A DNA stretch of 64,000 nucleotides from Gammaproteobacteria bacterium (lineage in GTDB: Bacteria > Pseudomonadota > Gammaproteobacteria > JACKNK01). The DNA lies in assembly GCA_024234955.1 (NCBI GenBank), contig JACKNK010000001.1, forward strand, positions 389,331 to 453,330, written 5' to 3'. Numbering within the stretch: position 1 is the first letter of the stretch; each line of letters starts with the position of its first letter. The position numbers were made by a program, and so were the translations under genes. The notes under the pieces were generated by a model. The model worked only from the letters and a program-made list of their open reading frames with translations. It searched no databases and was not told the DNA's origin. Below, one piece after another: positions 27,735 to 41,021 of this stretch.

Positions 27735-30377
27735 TCAGCCGGAAAGGCTTTTGCTCGCCACCTCGAAGCAATCCCGAGAGAGATTGTTATGCACAACGAT
27801 GCGCTCCAGTTCTGCACGCATCAGTGACTTGCGATCATCGTCGAAACGTCGCCAATGGGCGAGATTGCCGAGCAATCTGGCGGCAATTTGCGGGTTCTTC
27901 ATATCGATCTGCAACACATGGTCGGCGAGGAATCGGTAACCGCTGCCATCGGCGGCATGAAAACAGATCGGATTGGCCGCGCAGAACGCGCCAATCAGGG
28001 CGCGGATTCGATTCGGATTCCGAGCGTCATAGGCCGGATGGGCTTCGAGGCTGCGAACGCGGGCCAGCGTGTCCGCCATCGGTGCGGTTGCCTGCAGGCT
28101 GAACCATTTGTCGAGTACCAAGGGATCACCGTGCCAACGCTGCGCAAAGCGGTCGAGCACGGCTTCCTGGTGCTTGTTCGGGTGATGCGCCAGGGCCGCC
28201 ATCGCCGCGATGGTGTCGGTCATGCTGCTATCCGCATCGAATTGCTTCTTGGCGAGCTCGATCCCGACCGGCAGGCTGGCGAGATAGCCAAGACAGGTGT
28301 TACGCAGCGAACGCCGACCGATGGCATCCGCATCGACCTGATATGGGCCGCTGGCAGCCATATCGTCGTATACGCGACGCAGTTCATCGGTGAGCGCCTT
28401 GGCCAGCGCGTGTCGAACGAATTCGCGGGCGGTGTGAATCCCGTCCACGTCGATCGGGCTCATGGATTCTGCCAGGGTCGCTTCGGTCGGCAAGCGGATC
28501 AGCTCGGCACGGTAATCGGCGGGCAATGTCGCGTCGTTCAACGCCGCGCTAAACGCCGCGATATAACTGGCATCGAGATGCAGTGTGCGACCGGCTTTGT
28601 GCGCTTCGATCAAGCCCATAATCACCCGTGTAGCCAATACCTGACCGGCCTCCCAACGGTTGAATTCGTCACTGTCATGCGCCAGCAGGTGCCGCAGTTG
28701 TGCGTCGCTGTAGTCAAACTCGAGTCGTACCGGTGCGGAGAATCCGCGCAACAAGGACGGCGTCGGCTCCACATCGAGATTGATGAATTCAAACCGTTCA
28801 ATCGGGTTCCGCAAGGCCAGCACCCGCGTGCCCGTCTGCGCGACCGCCTCCCCTTCCAGACGCAGTGGCAGCTCCTTGCCATCCGGCCCGATCAAACCGA
28901 TCGCGAAGGGGATATGAAATGGTTCCTTCTCGCTCTGCCCGGGAGTGGCCGGGCAAGTCTGGCTGCAATGCAGGGTGTAACGACCGGTGCTGGCGTCGTA
29001 TTCGGGCTCGACAATGACCCGAGGTGTCCCTGCCTGGCTGTACCACCGGCGGAACTGGCTCAGATCGATTCCGTTTGCGTCTTCCATGCAGCGGACGAAA
29101 TCGTCGGTGGTCACCGCCTGGCCATCGTGACGCTCGAAATACAGGTCGGTGCCTTTACGAAAGCCCTCCGCACCCAACAAGGTGTGCTGCATGCGGACCA
29201 CTTCGGCCCCTTTTTCGTAAACCGTGACCGTGTAGAAGTTGTTGATCTCGATATACGAGGCCGGACGTACGGGGTGCGCCATCGGTCCGGCGTCTTCGCG
29301 GAACTGATGCTGTCGCAGCAGACGCACGTCGTCGATGCGTTTCACGCCACGCGCGCCCATATCTGCCGAGAACTCCTGATCCCGGAACACCGTGAGTCCT
29401 TCCTTCAAGCTGAGCTGGAACCAGTCGCGGCAGGTAATGCGGTTACCGGTCCAATTGTGGAAGTACTCGTGGGCCACCACCCCTTCGATGCCCAGGTAAT
29501 CCTGGTCGGTCGCCGTATCGGGTCGGGCGAGGATGAATTTGGCATTGAAGATATTCAGCCCCTTGTTCTCCATCGCCCCCATGTTGAAGTCGTTGACCGC
29601 AACGATCATGAAAATATCGAGATCGTATTCGCGGCCGTAAACCGCTTCATCCCAACGCATGGCGCGCTTGAGCGAGTCCATCGCGTGCTGGCAGCGATCG
29701 ATGTTTTGCGGCTCGACGAAAATCTGCAACGTGACTTCGCGCCCGGAAGCCGTGGTGTAGCGATCCTCGATGTGTTTGAGATCGCCCGCCACCAGTGCAA
29801 ACAGGTAACAGGGCTTCGGAAAGGGATCTTCCCAGGTCGCAAAGTGGCGCCCGCCATCGAGCGGGCCGTGCTCGACCTTGTTGCCGTTTGAGAGCAATAC
29901 CGGAAAGCGCGACCCGTCCGCCTCGATGCGGGTGCGGAAACGTGCCATCACATCGGGGCGATCCGGGTAATACGTGATCTTTCGGAACCCCTCCGCTTCG
30001 CACTGGGTGCAGTAGAGGTCGTTCGACCGATACAGCCCTTCCAGGTTGGTGTTGTCCTGAGGGCGGATGCGGGTGACGACTTCCAGTTCGAAATCGTCCG
30101 GCACCTCGTGAATCAGCAGCGATTCCTCGCCCAGACGGTAATTGTCGATATGCACCCGTTCGCCATCGAGTACGAGCGACACCAGTTCCATGTCCTGACC
30201 ATCGAGGTGCAACGGTGGCGACTCATCCCTTTCCAGCGCCGGATTACGTCGGATGCGACTGCGCGCGGTCACCGTAGTGATGTCATCGTCGAGATGGACG
30301 TCGAGATCGACATGGTCGATCAGGTAGGCGGGCGGCTGATAGTCTGCGAGGTAAATCGTGCTCGGTGCGGTGCTCAT
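27735..30377 (-). CDS. pepN: Aminopeptidase N (M1 family).
   Basis: Zinc motif VVAHEYFHNWTGNR with a downstream LKEGLTVF. 881 aa from MSTAPSTIYLADYQPP. The track ORF starts 28 codons upstream. Confidence 0.9.
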   Translation of the reverse strand: MSTAPSTIYLADYQPPAYLIDHVDLDVHLDDDITTVTARSRIRRNPALERDESPPLHLDGQDMELVSLVLDGERVHIDNYRLGEESLLIHEVPDDFELEVVTRIRPQDNTNLEGLYRSNDLYCTQCEAEGFRKITYYPDRPDVMARFRTRIEADGSRFPVLLSNGNKVEHGPLDGGRHFATWEDPFPKPCYLFALVAGDLKHIEDRYTTASGREVTLQIFVEPQNIDRCQHAMDSLKRAMRWDEAVYGREYDLDIFMIVAVNDFNMGAMENKGLNIFNAKFILARPDTATDQDYLGIEGVVAHEYFHNWTGNRITCRDWFQLSLKEGLTVFRDQEFSADMGARGVKRIDDVRLLRQHQFREDAGPMAHPVRPASYIEINNFYTVTVYEKGAEVVRMQHTLLGAEGFRKGTDLYFERHDGQAVTTDDFVRCMEDANGIDLSQFRRWYSQAGTPRVIVEPEYDASTGRYTLHCSQTCPATPGQSEKEPFHIPFAIGLIGPDGKELPLRLEGEAVAQTGTRVLALRNPIERFEFINLDVEPTPSLLRGFSAPVRLEFDYSDAQLRHLLAHDSDEFNRWEAGQVLATRVIMGLIEAHKAGRTLHLDASYIAAFSAALNDATLPADYRAELIRLPTEATLAESMSPIDVDGIHTAREFVRHALAKALTDELRRVYDDMAASGPYQVDADAIGRRSLRNTCLGYLASLPVGIELAKKQFDADSSMTDTIAAMAALAHHPNKHQEAVLDRFAQRWHGDPLVLDKWFSLQATAPMADTLARVRSLEAHPAYDARNPNRIRALIGAFCAANPICFHAADGSGYRFLADHVLQIDMKNPQIAARLLGNLAHWRRFDDDRKSLMRAELERIVVHNNLSRDCFEVASKSLSG

Positions 30378-30452
30378 CGTCGACCTGAAGTGCTTTGGAC
30401 TGCTCACCAGTGTAAAGGGCACCGCCCTCCTCAAACACCTTGTTGATACGCC

Positions 30453-32369
30453 ATGAATCAAGCCGCCTGTGGAACCTGGAAATCACCGATCAGTGCCTCC
30501 GATGTTGCGGATTCCGGGGTCTCACTGTCTTCGTTGACGGTCGTCGATGGACGTGCAAACTGGCTTGAACGTCGCCCCCTGGAAGGGGGGCGCAGCGTGT
30601 TGGTGAGTGCGCGCGATGGGCGTCTGACCGAGCTTTCCGCTGCCGGATTCAGTATTCGCTCACGCGTGAATGAATATGGGGGTGCACCCTATTGCCTTCA
30701 CGGCGACACACTCTGGTTCTGCAACGATGCCGATCAACGCATCTATCGGCAGGCAGCCGGTGATGCGCCGGTCCCGCTGACCCCTGCCCAACCCCATCGT
30801 TACGCCGACCTGACCTTCGATGCATGGCGAAACCGCTTGCTCGCGATTCGCGAAGACCACACCCGGGACGACCACGAACCGGCGAACGCGATCGTCGCGA
30901 TTGCCCCGGACGGCACGCTAACCACCCTGATCGACGGTGCGGACTTCTACGCCAGCCCGGTGTTCTCACCCAATGGTCGGCAACTGGCCTGGCTGAGCTG
31001 GAATCATCCCGACATGCCGTGGGATGCCACCGCGCTCTGGCTGGCAGACATCGACGCATCCGGACTGCCGCAAAATGCTCGTCAGGTCGCCGGCGGGCCG
31101 GAGGAGTCCATCTTCCAGCCGCAATGGTCGCCCGAAGGTCAGCTTCATTTCGTTTCCGACCGCAGCGACTGGTGGAACCTTTACCGGATCGACGCCCAGC
31201 GCCAGACCCCGCTTTGCCCCATGAACGCCGAATTCGGCCGCCCACAATGGGTATTTGGCATGAGCGCATACGGCTTCACGGCGCACGGCGACATCGTCGC
31301 CTGTTACAGCCGCGACGGTCGCTGGCATCTGACCCGCATCGATGCCGATGGCCACCATGATTACGACCTGCCCTACGACGACATCCAGGAACTGCGAGTC
31401 GGTGGCGATCAGGTCTGGTTGCTTGCCGCAGCCGCCGATTGCCTTCCCGGCATCATCGAGATCGACGTTCGTGACGGTCGCCATCAGCGACTTGCGCACG
31501 GCGGCAGCGCGGGACTCGAGACCGCCATGATCGCCATACCCGAAGCATTCAGTTTCGCCAGTGGCAAGGCGATGGCGCACGCGTTCTATTACCCGCCAAC
31601 CCATGCCGACTTCGCGCCTCTGCCGAACGAGGCCCCACCGTTGATCGTAAAAATCCACGGAGGCCCGACTGCCGCGACCAGTACCGCCCTGAATCCTCAG
31701 ATCCAGTTCTGGACCAGCCGGGGATTTGCCTTGGTTGATGTCAATTATCGCGGCAGCACGGGCTACGGTCGGCGCTATCGCGAGGCGCTCCACGGCGAAG
31801 CCGGCATCGCCGACGTTGAGGACTGCATCAATGCGGCACGACATTTGATCGCGGCAGGACGCGCCGATGCCAACCGGTGTCTGATTCGCGGCAGCAGTGC
31901 TGGGGGATTCACGGCACTTGCCGCCCTGACCTTCCACCGGTTTTTCCGCGCCGGGGCCAGCTATTACGGCATCGGTGATCTCTCAGCGCTCGCGCGTGAC
32001 ACGCACAAATTCGAGGCACGATACATCGATCGGCTGGTAGCACCCTGGCCAGAGGGTGAGGCCTTATACCGGGCGCGTTCTCCGCTTGAACATGTGGCAC
32101 AACTCGCGGCCCCGGTGATCTTCTTTCAAGGTCTGGACGACAAGGTCGTGCCGCCGAATCAGGCCGAAGACATGGTCAACGCACTCGTGCGCAAAGGGCT
32201 GCCGGTTGCCTATCTCACGTTTGAAGGCGAGGCCCATGGTTTCCGCCGCGCAGAGACCCTCATTCGCACCTTGGAAGCGGAATTGTCGTTCTACGGTCAG
32301 GTGCTCGGATTCGAGCCCGATGATGACATCGAAGCCGTGGCGATCCGCAATCTTGACGCCAATGCATGA
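30453..32369 (+). CDS. S9-family serine peptidase (prolyl oligopeptidase / acylaminoacyl-peptidase-like) with an N-terminal beta-propeller.
   Basis: Nucleophile GSSAGG. C-terminal alpha/beta hydrolase region with D and H. 638 aa. Confidence 0.8.
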   Translation: MNQAACGTWKSPISASDVADSGVSLSSLTVVDGRANWLERRPLEGGRSVLVSARDGRLTELSAAGFSIRSRVNEYGGAPYCLHGDTLWFCNDADQRIYRQAAGDAPVPLTPAQPHRYADLTFDAWRNRLLAIREDHTRDDHEPANAIVAIAPDGTLTTLIDGADFYASPVFSPNGRQLAWLSWNHPDMPWDATALWLADIDASGLPQNARQVAGGPEESIFQPQWSPEGQLHFVSDRSDWWNLYRIDAQRQTPLCPMNAEFGRPQWVFGMSAYGFTAHGDIVACYSRDGRWHLTRIDADGHHDYDLPYDDIQELRVGGDQVWLLAAAADCLPGIIEIDVRDGRHQRLAHGGSAGLETAMIAIPEAFSFASGKAMAHAFYYPPTHADFAPLPNEAPPLIVKIHGGPTAATSTALNPQIQFWTSRGFALVDVNYRGSTGYGRRYREALHGEAGIADVEDCINAARHLIAAGRADANRCLIRGSSAGGFTALAALTFHRFFRAGASYYGIGDLSALARDTHKFEARYIDRLVAPWPEGEALYRARSPLEHVAQLAAPVIFFQGLDDKVVPPNQAEDMVNALVRKGLPVAYLTFEGEAHGFRRAETLIRTLEAELSFYGQVLGFEPDDDIEAVAIRNLDANA

Positions 32370-32396
32370 GGTTTTGGGCTCGGCCCTAGCGATCGG

Positions 32397-33164
32397 TCAG
32401 TCCCAAAACGCGAAGGCGTGCATGCCCAGATTGCCGTAATCGAATCCCTCGTGGAGCACTTCGCCCCCGGCGCGCGCCGCGCCCCAGGCCACAAACAAAG
32501 GTAGAAGATGCTCATCGGTCGGATGTGCCCGTTCCGCGAACAGCGCCTGATTTCGATAATCGTCCACACGCTCGCGCCGATCCTGGGTCACCGTATCGAT
32601 CATCCATTCCGCAAACCCACTCGCCCATGCCTCCGGCGACGCCCCCGGCTTGCTCAAGGCGCTCAGGTTATGGACGAGCCCCCCGGTCGCCACAATCATG
32701 ACCTTCGCGGTGCGCGCCTCTCCCAGCACCTGCCCAAATTGCATGAGTCGCGAAGGTGGCCAATGCACCGGCAGCGCCACAGGGACCACCCTGACATCCG
32801 CTTCCGGATACATGAGGCTGAGCGTGGTCCATACACCATGATCAAGTCCCCGCTGCGGGTCGCATTCCGCAGACATGCCTGATTTACGCAGGTGATCGCA
32901 CAATCGGACCGCCAGTTGGGAATCGCCCGGCGCGTCGTACCGTCTGGATGAAAGCTCAGGCGGAAACCCGGAGAAGTCATGGATTGTCGTCGGACGCGGC
33001 GCACTGCCTACGATCGGGTTTGGCGCAGACCAGTGCGCCGAAAGCACGATCACCGACTGTGGACGTGGCAAGGAGCGCCCAAGGTCACGGAGGAACTCAC
33101 CGTGCGGGGTGTCGCGCAATACGATGTTTGGCGCACCGTGGCTGATAAATAACACTGGATTCAT
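32397..33164 (-). CDS. Class III extradiol dioxygenase (4,5-DOPA dioxygenase/YgiD-like, LigB family).
   Basis: MNPVLFISHGAPN...LSAHW... is the typical YgiD N-terminus. 255 aa. Confidence 0.8.
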   Translation of the reverse strand: MNPVLFISHGAPNIVLRDTPHGEFLRDLGRSLPRPQSVIVLSAHWSAPNPIVGSAPRPTTIHDFSGFPPELSSRRYDAPGDSQLAVRLCDHLRKSGMSAECDPQRGLDHGVWTTLSLMYPEADVRVVPVALPVHWPPSRLMQFGQVLGEARTAKVMIVATGGLVHNLSALSKPGASPEAWASGFAEWMIDTVTQDRRERVDDYRNQALFAERAHPTDEHLLPLFVAWGAARAGGEVLHEGFDYGNLGMHAFAFWD

Positions 33165-33244
33165 GACATGTTGTTACGCATGAACTACGTATCCGGATGT
33201 GCTTATCGCCTTTTTACACCTAAAAACAACGAATTAGTAACCCA

Positions 33245-33583
33245 ATGGACATCAATAATCTTTTCGCCAACCTGTGCGCCAGCGATCGTTTCGGCGAGGA
33301 ACAGTTCGACACACTCCTCCAAAGCGACACCTTTCGCCTGGAGCGAATCGTCTCCACCGGCCACGCGACGCCCGTCGGGACGTTTTACGATCAGGAATGG
33401 GATGAATGGGTGATTCTTCTGACTGGAAGCGCTGAAATTCAGTTCATCGACCCCGACGAGCGCATCCGCCTCTCGCCGGGAGATCACCTACGGCTACCCG
33501 CTCATCGGCTGCATCGTGTCGACGCCACCGACCGAAATGAGGCGACCGTCTGGCTCGCGCTACACTATCAACCGATCCGATAA
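33245..33583 (+). CDS. Small cupin-domain protein.
   Basis: 112 aa. The cupin beta-barrel pattern WDEWVILLTGSAEIQF...PGDHLRLPAHRLHRV is present. Confidence 0.6.
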   Translation: MDINNLFANLCASDRFGEEQFDTLLQSDTFRLERIVSTGHATPVGTFYDQEWDEWVILLTGSAEIQFIDPDERIRLSPGDHLRLPAHRLHRVDATDRNEATVWLALHYQPIR

Positions 33584-33820
33584 GGCCCCGTGTTGAGCCG
33601 GACAAGGTCGCTCAACGGAATCAAAAACAAAAAAACGGCGCTCTGGACTACAGAGCGCCGGAAAACCAGCGGAGTTGAGAAATGGCTACAGACCGGTGGA
33701 CATCGTCCTGATCACGGCCTGAAGATCACCCGAATCCTTGGACGAGAACAAAGGCCGACTGAAATCAGCCGCCTTTGATGCGTATCGTCCCAATTACTCG
33801 AATCCCGCTCCATGATCTGA

Positions 33821-33858
33821 ATCAAAAAAGCCCCGCGTATGAACGCAGGGCTTTTCTG
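33821..33858. terminator. Bidirectional rho-independent terminator downstream of the sox operon.
   Basis: AAAAAAGCCCCGCG-loop-CGCAGGGCTTTTCT. On the minus strand the U-run follows the hairpin. Confidence 0.6.
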
Positions 33859-33900
33859 AAACGACCGAGCGACATCCTCGGCTGCACGACCAAACGGGAA

Positions 33901-34242
33901 TCAGAAATGCCAGGTTGGATTGGCCTGATCCGCCGCTTGTTTCTGAGCCAACTCGGCCTGCTGCTTGGCCTTGGCAACCAGCTTCATGGCCTTGCCAATA
34001 TCCCCTTCCTTCGCGATCTTGTCCGCGTCTTCCAGGAACTTGGCGGTATCACGCCATTCAAAGCCGGTGCTACCTGCTTTCTTGATCTCCGCTTCCGCAG
34101 CCGCGCTGGCTTCCGCAAACGCCTGTGCCGCCGGATCAACCTTCGGGGCGGCATCGTCGGACGCCATGCTGTGACCCGCCAAGGCAGCCAGAGACAGGGC
34201 GCTGCCCAGCAGTACGGCCTTCTTAAGGGAACGCTGTTTCAT
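33901..34242 (-). CDS. soxK: Small periplasmic protein, probable SoxXA-binding subunit SoxK.
   Basis: 113 aa with a signal peptide. It sits immediately downstream of soxA in the same orientation, the position of soxK in soxXAK operons. The sequence is Ala/Lys-rich and helical. Confidence 0.5.
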   Translation of the reverse strand: MKQRSLKKAVLLGSALSLAALAGHSMASDDAAPKVDPAAQAFAEASAAAEAEIKKAGSTGFEWRDTAKFLEDADKIAKEGDIGKAMKLVAKAKQQAELAQKQAADQANPTWHF

Positions 34243-34265
34243 GTTATTTCCTCGCTATTGTCCGC

Positions 34266-35108
34266 TTACTTACGAGCGCCGGGGCCGTTGACTTCCAGGC
34301 CGTTGCTCAAATAGGTGTGGAAGAACTCCAGCGCGCGATATTCCTCGCTCTGGGCCTTGAACGGCTTGGCACGGACCTGCTTGTTGCAGCCGCCGTAACG
34401 ACGATGCAGCGTGCCCAGCTCGCCCCACTTGGAGCGGTACACCGGGAAATGGGTGACGTGCCCAAGAGCCGGAGACAACAGATCCGCGCGGACGTAGTTG
34501 CCGGCGTTGTAGACGTGGCAGTCCGCGCAAGCCAAGTTCAGCTGACCGCGCTTGGCCAGGAAGTGGTCACGACCGCGCTTGTACCAAGCCAGGGCATCCG
34601 CACCTTCGACCTTGACATCGAACTTCTTGCCACGGGACTTGAACGCGAGATAGGCAGAAATATCGGCAATCGCACCCTTCTTGTAGCCCAGCGGCTTTTC
34701 GCCGTTGGCTTCACGGCACTGGTTGATGGCCAGTTCCAGGGTAATGACCTGCTTGGTCGCCTTATCGAAGAACGGATAGTTCTGACGAACGCCGTTTTCA
34801 TAGCCCGGGAAGCAGTCAGCCAGTGACTTGCCGTTGGCAAACGCGGTGTGGAACAGCTCATCGCCCTTGTCGATGTTCGGCTCGTAGGGCGGGAACTCTT
34901 CGATGGCTTCCCATTGCGCACGGGATGCAGGATCGATGGAGTAGACACCATTGATGTAATCGTTGAACGGGGTCTCCGGGAACTTCTTGGCAAAGTAATC
35001 ACGCACCGCCTTCAAATCGGCAGCCGGATCGACATTGCCTGCCATGACCGGTGCGCTGAGCAGAGCACCGACGACCGCAGCCGCGGTCAGAATCCGCATG
35101 GTTTTCAT
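34266..35108 (-). CDS. soxA: Sulfur-oxidation c-type cytochrome SoxA (monohaem type).
   Basis: Signal peptide. Haem motif CADCH. The conserved Cys-ligand region HRRYGGCNKQVRAKP is present. 280 aa. Confidence 0.85.
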   Translation of the reverse strand: MKTMRILTAAAVVGALLSAPVMAGNVDPAADLKAVRDYFAKKFPETPFNDYINGVYSIDPASRAQWEAIEEFPPYEPNIDKGDELFHTAFANGKSLADCFPGYENGVRQNYPFFDKATKQVITLELAINQCREANGEKPLGYKKGAIADISAYLAFKSRGKKFDVKVEGADALAWYKRGRDHFLAKRGQLNLACADCHVYNAGNYVRADLLSPALGHVTHFPVYRSKWGELGTLHRRYGGCNKQVRAKPFKAQSEEYRALEFFHTYLSNGLEVNGPGARK

Positions 35109-35145
35109 ATTTTTACCTCTGATGGGTTAGGTCGCGTTCGCCGCG

Positions 35146-35520
35146 TTACAGGGTCCAGATGAAATCGGTGATATCCGAAATCTCTTGATCGCTCAGCGCC
35201 TTGTGACGACCGAACGGCGGCATGGCCGAATTCGGATTGCGCTTGGTGGCGTCATAGATCTGGTCGTACAGCTTCTGGCGATCCGGGTAACGCGCCTTCA
35301 TCGCAATCAGCGGTGGTCCGATGTTTCCCGGCAGGTCGCCGCCGGCGATGGCGTGACAGCCCAGGCAGTTGCCCTTTTTGCGATCGAACGCAACTTCTTT
35401 GCCCTTCTCGACACTGGAGGCTTCGTCAGCGGCGCTGACGCTCATCGGCGCCAGACCCAGGCTCCCGAGAAGCGCGGCAACCGAAACCGCCGTGGCGATT
35501 GCGTGCTTGAACGTCTTCAT
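35146..35520 (-). CDS. soxX: Sulfur-oxidation cytochrome c SoxX.
   Basis: Signal peptide. Haem motif CLGCH. A conserved Met-ligand region (NSAMPPFG). 124 aa, directly upstream of soxA. Confidence 0.8.
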   Translation of the reverse strand: MKTFKHAIATAVSVAALLGSLGLAPMSVSAADEASSVEKGKEVAFDRKKGNCLGCHAIAGGDLPGNIGPPLIAMKARYPDRQKLYDQIYDATKRNPNSAMPPFGRHKALSDQEISDITDFIWTL

Positions 35521-35990
35521 TGTTGTGTACCTACCTTTGTTGGTCGTTTGAATAACCGTGAAGAGCCCCCATAACCAGTTATTAATCCGGTCTCAGGATG
35601 GGTTCACTCGCTTGGATGCTAAAGAATGCCCACTACCAAAATCAATGCAGAATTCGGTAATGAACGAGGCGAATTCCGGAGCGCTTCAGATTGCAATCCG
35701 AGTCAATGCAATCCGCAATCAGGGAAGACCAAATTCCATTATTTTTCAAGCTGCTCTGGATCGTTCCAGTCAGGACACAGCGAAAGCCGTGCCAACCTCT
35801 CATAGCGTTATAGGTCATGTCGGAGAGTTTGGGACAAGAATAAGTTTTTTATTAAAATCTAATTATTAATTATCGATAACTTGCGTTCGAGACCCCGATC
35901 AAGGAATCAGGCGGTCAAACACCCATGATTGGTAGATTTTCCCCGACCGAACAGGATTAATCCTCCCTCCTCCGCACCGACGCGACGCCG

Positions 35991-36626
35991 ATGAAAGACC
36001 TGCACACCCTGGAACACCGTACACTCGCCCTCGCTGGCATATATCAAGCTGCCTCGCTTGTGGACCAGATCGCACGTCGTGGCGATACCGTGGAGTCGGA
36101 AATGGCAACACTGATCGGCAGCGTGTTCCGGCAGGAATCGGAAAGCGTGGTGGCGATTTATGCGGGGGACAATCTTCCCGCGCACGTCGCTTTGCAGCGC
36201 GGTCTTCGCACCATGTTGGAGGCCATATCAACTGGAAAGCACCGCGAGATCACCCGCTACGCGATGACCTTGGTGCAACTCGAAGGTAAACTCGGTAAGC
36301 ACGTCTCCCTTCTGGATCGCATCGGTTCCGGAATTTCCGACAGCGCCGATCAGGTGCGTTATTTCGGGATGACGCATGAGAACGTCCTGGCCCGCCTCGC
36401 CGATCTCTACGTCAACACCATCAGCACGCTCTCCCCCCGCATCAATGTATTTGGCGAACCCGTTCATCTCGAAAACGTGCGCAATAAGAACGCAATTCGC
36501 GCCTTGTTACTCGCAGGAATGCGCTCTGCGGTGCTATGGCGGCAATGTGGCGGAAGCCGGTGGCGTCTGCTGTTCGAACGCCGGGCCCTGATCAACACAG
36601 CCACCGCAATGCTCGGTCACGCCTGA
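35991..36626 (+). CDS. hflD: High-frequency-lysogenisation protein HflD.
   Basis: The HflD N-terminus LEHRTLALAGIYQAASLVDQIARRG is present. 211 aa. Confidence 0.8.
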   Translation: MKDLHTLEHRTLALAGIYQAASLVDQIARRGDTVESEMATLIGSVFRQESESVVAIYAGDNLPAHVALQRGLRTMLEAISTGKHREITRYAMTLVQLEGKLGKHVSLLDRIGSGISDSADQVRYFGMTHENVLARLADLYVNTISTLSPRINVFGEPVHLENVRNKNAIRALLLAGMRSAVLWRQCGGSRWRLLFERRALINTATAMLGHA

Positions 36627-36740
36627 CCGCACCCGAGCTATCGATATTGGTCTGATTTGGGGATAATCGCGGCTCCCGCGCGTCGTGTGCTCGACCTCGG
36701 CTCCGCGCCCCGAGCCCCCCATCCCGGAGTATCCCTGCCC

Positions 36741-39422
<2,682 letters not shown>

Positions 39423-39467
39423 GCCGGAAACGCGAATCGGCACGCTTTCAAACAGCTGTGTCAACAG

Positions 39468-39498
39468 AAAACGGCGGCCTGAGGGTCGCCGTTTTTTT
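39468..39498 (+). terminator. Rho-independent terminator after acnA.
   Basis: AAAACGGCGGCC-TGAG-GGTCGCCGTTTTTTT. Confidence 0.8.
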
Positions 39499-39635
39499 CG
39501 CCCACGCAGGCGTGTGAGCGAATTGGAAATTCTCGCAGGACGACCGCCCGTGGTTCCGAGAACCCTGTGTCAATCCCAGGTCAGAATCCAGAAAACAGGC
39601 AGGTAATTACTTTAATAAAGTTAATTAACTTATTG

Positions 39636-39672
39636 ATATAAAAAAGCCCGTACTCTTTCGAGTACGGGCTCT
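39636..39672 (-). terminator. Rho-independent terminator after fccB (minus strand).
   Basis: On the minus strand: AGCCCGTACTC-GAAAG-AGTACGGGCT followed by TTTTTTAT. Confidence 0.75.
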
Positions 39673-39704
39673 CATCCCAAACGGGACTAACGCAACGATT
39701 GCAA

Positions 39705-41006
39705 TCAGGTACCGCTGAACATGTCACTCATGATGTTCGCGTACCAGCTCTGCGCGTAGATGGCTTCCATCTGATTATTGCCATCGGCCGGAGTCAGACC
39801 GCCAGAGCCCTTCACCTTGCCGATCTTTCCGTCGGCGGTGTAGTCATAAACCATCGCCACAGAAATGCCGTGGTTCGGGGTGACCAGGGAATAACAGGTG
39901 TTGACCCAAGCCGGGGTCCCGACATCACGACCATTCATCAGGTCAACGACGGCGGCGGCACAGACCTTGGCTTCCGAGTTCGCGGCATATCCGGACTTCG
40001 GCAGCGGAGAGGCGATGGAGGCGTCACCGATGACATGAATGTTCGGATGAATCGTGGACTCGAAAGTCTTGTGATCCACCGGACACCAACCGGAGTCGTC
40101 AACCAGACCGGCAACATGCGCAATGTGACCCGCCTTCTGCGCCGGGATGACGTTCAACACGTCCGCCTGATGTTCGCTGAATTCGGTGATGGCAACGCGC
40201 TTGTCAGCATCTACCGCCTTCACAGTGCCGTCGTTCGCCTTGGATACCCAGGTGATCATGCTGTCGTCAGTGCCGTAGCCGTAATGCTTGGTCCAACCAG
40301 CCGTGAACAGGCCCTGCTTCGAGAACTTGTCCTTGGAATCCAGGACCACGATCTTGGAATTCGGCTTGTGGTTCTTGAAGTAATTGGCGACCAGAGAGAT
40401 ACGTTCGTACGGCCCAGGGGGGCAGCGGAACGGGTTCGGCGGCGTCGCAATCACGAAGGTGCCGCCGTTGGGCATGGCTTCCAACTGAGCGCGCAGCAGC
40501 GAAGTCTGCGGGCCGGCCTTCCACGCATGCGGGACCTGCCAGGAAGCCTTCTCGTCGTAACCTTCAATGGTGTCGTAACGGAAGTCGATACCCGGCGACA
40601 CGACCAGACGGTCATAGCTCATGGTGCTGCCGCTGACCGTGGTCACGGTGCGCTTGGCCGCATCGATACCGGTGACGGTGTCATGAACGATATTTACGCC
40701 ATGCTTGGAAGCGAGGCCGTCATAGGTGTGTTCGATGAAACCGATGTCGTTCAAGCCACCGATGACGGTGTTGGAGAACGGACAGCTGTGGTAGGTACGG
40801 TTCTGCTCAATCAAGGTGACCTTGATCCCGGCATCTGCCATCCGGATGTACTTGGCCGCGATGGTGCCACCGTAGCCGCCACCGATCACGATGACGTGGC
40901 CGCCGCCGGCCGCCGCCTTCATCGGCATACCCATCAGACCCAAACCGGTCGCCGCGCCCGCAGCGCCGGCAACCTTGATAAATTCACGACGTTTCATGTT
41001 GGACAT
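39705..41006 (-). CDS. fccB: Flavocytochrome c sulfide dehydrogenase, FAD-binding subunit.
   Basis: Tat signal RREFIKVAGAAGAATGLGL. FAD-binding VIVIGGGYGGTIAAKY. Fcc/SQR-like fold. 433 aa. Confidence 0.85.
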   Translation of the reverse strand: MSNMKRREFIKVAGAAGAATGLGLMGMPMKAAAGGGHVIVIGGGYGGTIAAKYIRMADAGIKVTLIEQNRTYHSCPFSNTVIGGLNDIGFIEHTYDGLASKHGVNIVHDTVTGIDAAKRTVTTVSGSTMSYDRLVVSPGIDFRYDTIEGYDEKASWQVPHAWKAGPQTSLLRAQLEAMPNGGTFVIATPPNPFRCPPGPYERISLVANYFKNHKPNSKIVVLDSKDKFSKQGLFTAGWTKHYGYGTDDSMITWVSKANDGTVKAVDADKRVAITEFSEHQADVLNVIPAQKAGHIAHVAGLVDDSGWCPVDHKTFESTIHPNIHVIGDASIASPLPKSGYAANSEAKVCAAAVVDLMNGRDVGTPAWVNTCYSLVTPNHGISVAMVYDYTADGKIGKVKGSGGLTPADGNNQMEAIYAQSWYANIMSDMFSGT

Positions 41007-41021
41007 TGTTATTGCTCCCTC

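Noticed and set aside
27855-29891. 678-aa + strand ORF.
   Set aside because: It is antisense to pepN (HEXXH present on the minus-strand reading).
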